DNA of 32,000 nucleotides from Chlamydiota bacterium (GTDB lineage Bacteria; Auribacterota; JACPWU01): NCBI GenBank assembly GCA_016196885.1, contig JACPWU010000002.1, positions 63,629 to 95,628 of the forward strand, read 5' to 3'. Shown piece by piece: positions 15,126 to 21,680 of this stretch (position 1 is its first letter; each line of letters starts with the position of its first letter). The notes under the pieces were generated by a model. It saw only the letters and a program-made list of their open reading frames with translations, ran no database searches and was not told where the DNA came from. The position numbers and the translations under genes were made by a program.

Positions 15126-16282
15126 CATACCCTCTTCACGATTTCCTCTGCTGCTTGTGCCATGGTCTCAGCCGTTACAATCGGTAATCCTGATTCTTTT
15201 AATATTTTTCGTCCGGCCTCTACATTCGTTCCTTCGAGACGCACAACCAGGGGAATCTGGATTTTGACACCCCGAGCCGCCTCTACAATGCCGTTCGCAA
15301 TCACATCGCATTTCATGATGCCGCCAAAAATGTTGACTAGGATTCCTTTCACTTCTGTGTGGGCTAATAAAATTTTAAAAGCAGCCGTGACCATTTCGGT
15401 TGAAGCCCCACCTCCCACATCCAGAAAATTGGCAGGGGATCCACCGTGGAACTTAATAATATCCATCGTGGCCATGGCAAGACCCGCACCATTGACCATG
15501 CAGCCGATGTTTCCGTCTAGGCTGATGTAATTCAAGTTGTGTTCACCTGCTTGTACCTCGAGAGGATCTTCCTGGGTGATATCTCTAAAATTTTTGATAT
15601 CGGCATGACGAAAAAGGGCGTTGTCGTCAAAATTGATTTTGGCATCGAGGGCCAAGACTTTCCCGTCTTGAGAAAGGACAAAGGGATTGATTTCCACCAG
15701 AGAGCAGTCTTTTTCAAGAAAAAGGCGACCGAGGGCAAGAAGGATTTGAGAGACTTCATTTGCCCATTTTTCTTTGAAACCGAGGGCATAGGCCACGAGT
15801 CGAGCCTGATAAGGTTGAAGTCCCATCACAGGATCCATCCATAATTTACAAATTTTTTCAGGTGTTTTTTTTGCGACTTCTTCGATTTCAACACCCCCTT
15901 CTATAGATGCGAGAATCACGGGCGCATTTTTTTGGCGGTCGAGTGCGATGCCAATGTAGTATTCATGGGCAATGTCTGTACTTACCTCCACCCACACCTT
16001 TTCAACGGGAATGCCCTCAGGACCCGTTTGATGGGTGACGAGTCTCTTGCCCAAAATGGTTTCAGCAGCCTTTTGGGCATGAGCGGGAGAGGTTACGATT
16101 TTGACGCCGCCCGCCTTCCCTCGCCCCCCCGCATGAATCTGGGCCTTCACTGCCCATTTTTTGGCAGAGATACCTTTCGCAATTTCAAAGGCGTCTTTAG
16201 GGGAAAAGGCAATTTTCCCTTCTACCACAGGAATTCCGTATTGTTTGAGCAATGCCTTCGCTTGATATTCGTGAATTTTCAT
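15125..16282 (-). CDS. sucC: Succinyl-CoA ligase subunit beta (ATP-grasp)
   Basis: 385 aa. MKIHEYQAKALLKQYGIPV and GNIGCMVNGAGLAMATMD are typical of SucC. Confidence 0.95.
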   Translation of the reverse strand: MKIHEYQAKALLKQYGIPVVEGKIAFSPKDAFEIAKGISAKKWAVKAQIHAGGRGKAGGVKIVTSPAHAQKAAETILGKRLVTHQTGPEGIPVEKVWVEVSTDIAHEYYIGIALDRQKNAPVILASIEGGVEIEEVAKKTPEKICKLWMDPVMGLQPYQARLVAYALGFKEKWANEVSQILLALGRLFLEKDCSLVEINPFVLSQDGKVLALDAKINFDDNALFRHADIKNFRDITQEDPLEVQAGEHNLNYISLDGNIGCMVNGAGLAMATMDIIKFHGGSPANFLDVGGGASTEMVTAAFKILLAHTEVKGILVNIFGGIMKCDVIANGIVEAARGVKIQIPLVVRLEGTNVEAGRKILKESGLPIVTAETMAQAAEEIVKRV

Positions 16283-16355
16283 ATTGTGAGCGCTAATTTA
16301 CCTGAAAAGGTTTGGATTTGCAAATGTTGAGTGAGGAGTGCTTTAGACGGATATT

Positions 16356-16439
16356 CTATTTAAAAAGGTCTGAGTGCGTTCCCGTTCTTTCAAAGATAAT
16401 TTGGTTTTCAGTTTGTCGTGTGTAGACAGGAATTAACAT
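16356..16439 (-). pseudogene. yafQ: YafQ-type toxin remnant (27 codons, produced by an in-frame internal deletion)
   Basis: The ATG overlaps the dinJ stop (TGATG). It encodes MLIPVYTRQTENQIIFERTGTHSDLFK*, which matches only the C-terminus of E. coli YafQ (..WILIYKLTDKLLRFERTGTHAALFG). About 65 codons are missing. Confidence 0.7.
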
Positions 16440-16699
16440 CAGATGCCCAATCGTTTGAACATATCATTTGTATCACGACAGACAATTAAATCTCTCTTTG
16501 CATCTGTGTTTGTAAAAGTTTTGAGCGTATTCCTGTTGGGAATACTGACATCGAAGGGAAGTCCTCTTCTGAGGGTGATTTGTTTGTAAAATATTGTGAC
16601 GGCTTGGGAGACTGAAAGTCCAAGCCGGTGCAGTAATCCTTCTGCCTCATTCTTAAGATGAGGCTCTATTCGCGCATGAATCGTAGCCGTTTTATTCAT
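16439..16699 (-). CDS. dinJ: RelB/DinJ-family type II antitoxin
   Basis: Start taken at MNKTATIHARIEPHLKNEAEGLLHRLGLSVSQAVTIFYKQITLRRGLPFDV (AAGGAG SD upstream). This is the typical DinJ pattern ..ARID..LK..A..L..LGLS.S.A...F..Q......LPF. The longer track ORF (to 16813) overlaps the dac gene and is rejected. Confidence 0.8.
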   Translation of the reverse strand: MNKTATIHARIEPHLKNEAEGLLHRLGLSVSQAVTIFYKQITLRRGLPFDVSIPNRNTLKTFTNTDAKRDLIVCRDTNDMFKRLGI

Positions 16700-16800
16700 A
16701 GCATATCTCCTTGTTTGCCTTAGGGGAGATGTAGCACAACCAGTACACATATGCAAGTGTTTTTGTGCTTTTCCATTGTTGAGACAGGAACCCGAGAATT

Positions 16801-17934
16801 TTATCCTCCCCACATGCGTCGAAAGAATCCGGCTTTTTTCACTTCCTCTTTTGCTTCTATATTGACACGGGCCAGGGTTTCTTCATCCAGGGTCGCAATA
16901 TATTGGGCAATGATTTGGCCTTGGGTGATGGGGGCTTCGAGTGAAGGGGGGATGAAAATGGAAAGTTTGACTTGGGAGGCCTTGTCTTTGGGGACCATGA
17001 AGAAAAGATTGTCACTTGCGATACCCTGATCAGAAGAAGGTTTGCCATGATGAATCGGAATGTCGAATACTTGGCCTTTACAGGGAACAACCACATTGGT
17101 GAAGCGGTTGAAGCCATCATTCAGAAGTTGTCTCGTATATTCGGAACGTTCTTTGTTGGTGAGGGCTCCCAAGAGAACAGAAATCAATCTCATGTTTCCC
17201 TGTTTGGCTACACCCACCAAGCAATAGAGGGCCTCGTCGGTATAACCTGTTTTAAGTCCGAGCATGCCAGGATATTTTCCAATCAATTTATTCGTGTTGA
17301 TGAAACGGTATTTTCCCTGCCGAATAAAGATTTGTTTTTGCGATGAATATTGAAAAACTTCTGGGTAATCTCTCCATATGGCCAATGTCAGGCGTACCAG
17401 ATCACAGGCTGTTGTCGTATCTTTGGGGGTATCTAGAGCTGGGGGAAGTCCATGGGGGCTTCTGAAAACCGTTTGTTTGAGACCTAAGGTCTTGGCTTTT
17501 TCATTCATGAGCTGGACAAAATTTTCCTGAGAGCCAGAGATCATTTCGGCCAGGGCAGCCGCTGCGTCATTGGCGCTTCCGACAGCGGTTGCTTTCACAA
17601 GGTCACGGGCAGAAATTTTTTCACCCTGCCACATTTTGGCTTCGGATCCGCGAATGGCTGCAATTCTGAGCGGAACGGTGTAAAGGCTGTCCCAGTGAAT
17701 TTTGCCCTGATGGACGGCTTCGAAGGTGAGGTAAAGGGTCATGATTTTGGTGAGGCTAGCCGGGGCATGCGGCGCGTCTTTATTTTTTTGGGTTAGAATG
17801 TCGCCTGTGTCTGCATTTACGACCAGATAGGAACTGACAGGAATGTCTGTGCCTTTAGGTTTTAACTCTTTTGCTTGCAAGGAAAAGGGAATGATGCTCA
17901 GTAAAAAAAAGATCGAAAGTGTTTGTTTTTTCAT
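16801..17934 (-). CDS. D-alanyl-D-alanine carboxypeptidase (PBP5/6 class, S11 peptidase)
   Basis: Signal peptide, SxxK (ASLTKIM), SxN (GSAND), KTG (LKTGYT), and a C-terminal PBP5-type beta-sandwich. Confidence 0.9.
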   Translation of the reverse strand: MKKQTLSIFFLLSIIPFSLQAKELKPKGTDIPVSSYLVVNADTGDILTQKNKDAPHAPASLTKIMTLYLTFEAVHQGKIHWDSLYTVPLRIAAIRGSEAKMWQGEKISARDLVKATAVGSANDAAAALAEMISGSQENFVQLMNEKAKTLGLKQTVFRSPHGLPPALDTPKDTTTACDLVRLTLAIWRDYPEVFQYSSQKQIFIRQGKYRFINTNKLIGKYPGMLGLKTGYTDEALYCLVGVAKQGNMRLISVLLGALTNKERSEYTRQLLNDGFNRFTNVVVPCKGQVFDIPIHHGKPSSDQGIASDNLFFMVPKDKASQVKLSIFIPPSLEAPITQGQIIAQYIATLDEETLARVNIEAKEEVKKAGFFRRMWGG

Positions 17935-18014
17935 AAATGCACAGTCCTATTTTTGAGGACAGATTCTAACATTTCTTAAAAAAAAGGAAATGATTTTGGG
18001 TTTATTTTTTTTAT

Positions 18015-18154
18015 AGGCATATGCACTTGACTTAAAGATGTCGTCCATTTGTAGTCGCCCCATTTATGGGGCCGTGCCCCTTGCATGGATTGCCCGATAA
18101 ATCGGGCGACTACGCTTGACGGATCAAGAATACTTGAGCCAAGTGCATATGCCT
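18015..18154. mobile_element. 140-bp MITE-like element with 15-bp perfect terminal inverted repeats and a 9-bp flanking direct repeat
   Basis: AGGCATATGCACTTG (18015-18029) and CAAGTGCATATGCCT (18140-18154). TTTTTTTAT lies directly outside both ends (18006-18014 and 18155-18163). The interior has a nested palindrome GTAGTCGCC..GGCGACTAC enclosing three small hairpins. There is no ORF. Confidence 0.5.
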
Positions 18155-18180
18155 TTTTTTTATTTTTTAAGGGGTTCATA

Positions 18181-18189
18181 TGATATAAT
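18181..18189 (+). promoter_or_regulatory. Extended -10 promoter TGATATAAT, 6 nt upstream of the first ATG of the copper island
   Basis: TG-A-TATAAT at 18181-18189; ATG at 18196 (second ATG at 18202); no SD. This geometry would give a leaderless or near-leaderless transcript. Confidence 0.4.
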
Positions 18190-18195
18190 GAAAGA

Positions 18196-18591
18196 ATGAG
18201 AATGAAGCTGGTTCCTGTTTTGATTCTCGTAGTGGCGTTAATAGGCTCTTGTAGTCTTTTCTCGGGCCGCTGTTGTGCTGCCCAACAAGAGAAGGGCAAT
18301 CATCACTCCTGTCATTCTTCTCCTGGTTCTGAATCTTCTGGAAAATCTAATTTGAGCCCTTGTTGCTGTACCCTTTTTTCTGATCTTCCCAAAATTCCAG
18401 AACAAATATTAAGCTCTTTTCATTCAGGGTTTCTTTCCTTTTTTCAAGGAGAAGTTTTGGTTGAGAGCTTCCAAGGTTTTAAGAATATTTTCTGGGATTC
18501 TTTTTCAGATCCTCCACCCTGGGGTGATCTTCATTTCTACGATCTTGTTTTTTCCTCTCAAGCGCCTCCACAAGCAGCGTTCAGCGTATAG
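18196..18591 (+). CDS. Small exported Cys/His-rich protein (possible lipoprotein), paralog of 25024..25419
   Basis: 131 aa. Signal with LIGSC; CC-x11-C-x16-CCC with a NHHSCH patch; C-terminal DPPPWGDLHFYDLVFSSQAPP. The last codons lie inside hairpin H5. Confidence 0.6.
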   Translation: MRMKLVPVLILVVALIGSCSLFSGRCCAAQQEKGNHHSCHSSPGSESSGKSNLSPCCCTLFSDLPKIPEQILSSFHSGFLSFFQGEVLVESFQGFKNIFWDSFSDPPPWGDLHFYDLVFSSQAPPQAAFSV

Positions 18592-18662
18592 CGTACAGCG
18601 GACAGTAAGAAGGGGTACTTGTTTTTCCTGTCCGCTGAACGCTGTACGCTGTGCGCTGTGAG
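18575..18662. repeat. Periodic-arm hairpin H5 (7-nt units)
   Basis: CAGCGTT CAGCGTA TAGCGTA CAGCGGA CAG (18575-18605) versus CTGTCCG CTGAACG CTGTACG CTGTGCG CTGTGAG (18628-18662). A T-rich run follows. Confidence 0.8.
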
Positions 18663-18685
18663 TTCTTTTTATGGAGGTATTCTCA

Positions 18686-19951
18686 ATGAAATTTATATTC
18701 GTCGTTTTTTTATCATCTCTCTATTTTTCATGCGCCTTTGCCGAAGAGAGAGAGAGGCTTTCTTTACCCGCTCTTATCGAGGAAGTTCTTCAAAAGAATC
18801 CTGACTTGAAGATGGCCGAGAAAAAATGGGAGGCTGCCCATGCCCAAATTCTTCAGGCGGGTGTTCTGGAAGATCCGATGTTGGGAGTCGAAGTTGAAGG
18901 AATTCCCACCGATACGGTAGATGTGGGACGTTACAACGATATTGAATGGAGTTTCTCCCAGAATTTTCCTTTTCCTGGGAAGCTTTCACTCAAGAAAAAA
19001 ATTGCTTGGGAAGAAGCAGAGAAGGCGCATCTTGAATATTTTGAAAAGAAAAATCAAATTGTTGCCGATGTCAAAATGGCATATGTGGATTATGATTTGA
19101 TGTTTAGAACGATTCAAATCTTGGAAGACGATGAGCGGATTTTGAGTCAATTTGAAGAGAGTGCCCGAAGTAAGTATGAAGTAGGCAAAGTCTCTCAACA
19201 GGATGTTCTCAAGGCACAGGTTGAGTGGACGAAGATTAAAAATCAAATTCTGATTAAGAATCAAGAAAAAGAGACCTTGGCTGCAAGAATCAATATGTTA
19301 CTCTCCCAGTCGCCTGGAGAATTATTGGGAGATCCGGAACCTTTGTCTGAAGAGACTTCAGAGTTGGATCTGGATTCACTCCTTTCAAGCGCCTTGGAGG
19401 GTCGTCCAGAACTGAAGATGAAAGAAGCTGAAATAAAAGGGATGGAATGGGCGCTTCGGTTGGCCCGGCGGCAGTATGAACCTGATTTTTTTACAAAACT
19501 TGAGAGCCGACAATTTCAAGGAGCAGGATTGGAAGAGTATGACGTCATGCTTGGGATGAGCATTCCGTGGCTGTGGACGCGTTCTCGCGTGGAGGGTGCA
19601 GTCCAAGAGGCCCGGGCCAATTTAGAGGCTGCACGAAATGAATACGAAGCAAAAAAATGGGCGATTTTATTTGAGGTTAAAGAATCGTGGGTGAAGGTTC
19701 ATACCTCTGTCAGTCTGGTTAATCTTTATCGGTCCAATATTCTTCCGAAGGCGGATCAAATGATCAAAGTTTCTCAAATAAATTACGAGACGGATAAAAT
19801 TGATTTTTTAATGCTTTTGGACAGCCTTAGAACTTTGGTGGCATTTCAATTGGAATATCGAGAGGCGATTGCGGATTATCATAAAAATTCTGCGCAGTTG
19901 GAGAGGAGAGTGGGAAAGCAGAATACAGAATTCAGAATTCAGAATAAATAA
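18686..19951 (+). CDS. cusC: Outer-membrane efflux factor (TolC/CusC family)
   Basis: Start at MKFIFVV.. (GGAGG lies 7 nt upstream; the track start at 18671 is an alternative). Signal peptide and two OEP repeats with coiled-coil heptads. It sits directly upstream of cusB and cusA. Confidence 0.85.
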   Translation: MKFIFVVFLSSLYFSCAFAEERERLSLPALIEEVLQKNPDLKMAEKKWEAAHAQILQAGVLEDPMLGVEVEGIPTDTVDVGRYNDIEWSFSQNFPFPGKLSLKKKIAWEEAEKAHLEYFEKKNQIVADVKMAYVDYDLMFRTIQILEDDERILSQFEESARSKYEVGKVSQQDVLKAQVEWTKIKNQILIKNQEKETLAARINMLLSQSPGELLGDPEPLSEETSELDLDSLLSSALEGRPELKMKEAEIKGMEWALRLARRQYEPDFFTKLESRQFQGAGLEEYDVMLGMSIPWLWTRSRVEGAVQEARANLEAARNEYEAKKWAILFEVKESWVKVHTSVSLVNLYRSNILPKADQMIKVSQINYETDKIDFLMLLDSLRTLVAFQLEYREAIADYHKNSAQLERRVGKQNTEFRIQNK

Positions 19952-20001
19952 GGAGGGGGTTGTTTTTATTCTGAATTCTGGATTCCGACTTCTGAATTCT
20001 A
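19919..20001. repeat. Periodic-arm hairpin H6 (7-nt units) between cusC and cusB
   Basis: CAGAATA CAGAATT CAGAATT CAGAATA (19919-19946; encodes the cusC tail ..NTEFRIQNK) versus TATTCTG AATTCTG GATTCCG ACTTCTG AATTCTA (19967-20001). Confidence 0.8.
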
Positions 20002-20014
20002 AAAAAGGATCTTT

Positions 20015-21568
20015 ATGAAAACACGTATCTTTATCATATTGATAGTAGTTTTAGGACTCACGTCTTTTCTTTTGATTTATCGCCATTCTGTTTCTGGTAG
20101 GAAGCAGGATTCTTCTGAGAAAGTAGAGAGTGCGACGTATTACTGTCCCATGCATCCGACCTACACGAGTGATCGGCCGGGGAACTGTCCGATTTGCAAC
20201 ATGACATTGGAGAAGAGAGAAGAAGTTCAGCCGTCTCCCTCGCAGTCTTTGAATTCAAAAGATATTTGCTTCATGCACAATTGTCCCATGATGAAAGAGG
20301 GGGAAACATGCCCCATGATGGTGGTGGCGAAAGTTGGGGAGAAGGTTACCTGTCCTGTGTGTGGGTCTCATGTTGCACAGGAATCAAAGCAGGGCCCAGA
20401 AAAGAAAATTCTTTATTGGACGGATCCGATGATGCCGGATTTTCGTTCGGATAAACCCGGCAAGTCGCCTATGGGCATGGACTGGGTCCCTGTTTATGAA
20501 GAAGAGGCAGTTGCTGGAGGGGATCATGCGGCTTCTCCATCAGGATATACCCCCATTCTGGTAAGTCCTCAAAAGATACAGTTGATTGGCGTTAAGACTG
20601 TTCTTGCCAAGAAGCAAAATTTAACAAAGCAAATTCGTACGGTAGGGCGAGTGACAGTGGATGAAACCCGCATCGTTCGTGTTCATCCCAAAGTAGAGGG
20701 TTGGGTTGAGGAGATTTTTGCGAAGTATGAAGGGGATCGGGTGAATAAAGGTCAGCCGCTTTTTTCATTTTACAGCCCTGATTTTGTCTCTGCCCAGGAA
20801 GAATATCTTTCGGCTTTGAAAATGCAAAGTGGGCTTCCCTCGGATGTGTCTAGCGATGCCCGAAGAGATGCCCAGGCCAATGTGGATTCTGCACAGAAGC
20901 GTCTTCAATGGTGGGATGTGACGGATGAACAAATTGAGGAGTTGAGAAAGCGTCAAGCCCCTCAAAAGACGCTTGTTTTGACGTCTCCTATCGATGGAGT
21001 CATTCTCAAGAAAAATGTTTTTGCGGGCCAGTTTATGGAAAGAGGTGCAGGCTTTTTTGAATTGGCGGATCTTTCGAGCGTGTGGGTGGATGCAGATTTA
21101 TATGAGTATGATTTGCCTTGGGTCAAGGTGGGAGAAGAGGGGCGTGTCACATTGCCCAATGATTCCAAGAATGAATGGAGCGGAAAGGTGATTTATGTGG
21201 CCCCTCTCTTAAAGGCGGAAACGCGAACCGCCGTGGCTCGTTTGGAGTTGTCGAATGCGGACAACGTTCTAAAGCCCGAGATGTACGTGACAGTCGAAAT
21301 CTCTATTGATTTGGGAGAGCGGCTTGTTGTACCTGCGGAGGCTCTCTTGGATACGGGAGAGCGTAAAATTGTTTTTGTCAGCAAGGAGAATGGAATTTTT
21401 GAACCTCGAGAGGTGGTGATGGGGGCAAAGACGAATAAATCCGTCGAGATTGAAAAAGGGATTGATGAAGGGGAAGTCGTGGTGATCAATGGAAATTTTC
21501 TCATTGATTCTGAGAGCAGGTTGAAAGCGGCGATGGAGGGGATGGGAAGTGGAGAACATCAACATTGA
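20015..21568 (+). CDS. cusB: RND efflux periplasmic adaptor (CusB-like) with N-terminal heavy-metal-binding domains
   Basis: N-terminal TM. Canonical HMBD YYCPMHPTYTSDRPGNCPICNMTL (20138-20209). Cys/Met-rich CFMHNCPMMKEGETCPMM..CPVCG. Cys-less CusB-type YWTDPMMPDFRSDKPGKSPMGMDWV. Then lipoyl/beta-barrel MFP domains and a MEGMGSGEHQH tail. Confidence 0.9.
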   Translation: MKTRIFIILIVVLGLTSFLLIYRHSVSGRKQDSSEKVESATYYCPMHPTYTSDRPGNCPICNMTLEKREEVQPSPSQSLNSKDICFMHNCPMMKEGETCPMMVVAKVGEKVTCPVCGSHVAQESKQGPEKKILYWTDPMMPDFRSDKPGKSPMGMDWVPVYEEEAVAGGDHAASPSGYTPILVSPQKIQLIGVKTVLAKKQNLTKQIRTVGRVTVDETRIVRVHPKVEGWVEEIFAKYEGDRVNKGQPLFSFYSPDFVSAQEEYLSALKMQSGLPSDVSSDARRDAQANVDSAQKRLQWWDVTDEQIEELRKRQAPQKTLVLTSPIDGVILKKNVFAGQFMERGAGFFELADLSSVWVDADLYEYDLPWVKVGEEGRVTLPNDSKNEWSGKVIYVAPLLKAETRTAVARLELSNADNVLKPEMYVTVEISIDLGERLVVPAEALLDTGERKIVFVSKENGIFEPREVVMGAKTNKSVEIEKGIDEGEVVVINGNFLIDSESRLKAAMEGMGSGEHQH

Positions 21569-21577
21569 CTTCGCGTA

Positions 21578-21671
21578 CTTCGTACATCGTACGTCGTACC
21601 TAGAACATCGAACATCGTTTCTTGCGTAGATTGTTTTACGAAGTCCGATGTCCGAAGTACGAAGTACCAGG
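21578..21671. repeat. Periodic-arm hairpin H7 (7-nt units) between cusB and cusA
   Basis: CTTCGTA CATCGTA CGTCGTA CCTAGAA CATCGAA CATCGTT (21578-21619) versus TACGAAG TCCGATG TCCGAAG TACGAAG TACCAGG (21637-21671). Confidence 0.8.
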
Positions 21672-21680
21672 GTTAAGCTC

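Noticed and set aside
16700-16813. Long N-terminal extension of the dinJ ORF (track ORF 16439..16813)
   Set aside because: The extension overlaps the 3' end of the DD-carboxypeptidase gene and has no antitoxin similarity. The internal ATG at 16699 has an AAGGAG SD and gives the canonical DinJ N-terminus.
18051-18113. Cloverleaf-like four-way junction (closing stem plus three hairpins) as a tRNA or tRNA-like gene
   Set aside because: It is only 63 nt with 4-5-nt loops. It has no T-loop GTTCRA or D-loop consensus and no 7-nt anticodon loop. It is better explained as the nested palindrome of the MITE-like element.
75-21671. Short tandem repeats in intergenic regions as possible CRISPR arrays
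   Set aside because: The units are only 7-8 nt and directly adjacent, with no spacers. They come as complementary arm pairs forming hairpins. There are no 24-40-nt repeats and no cas genes.
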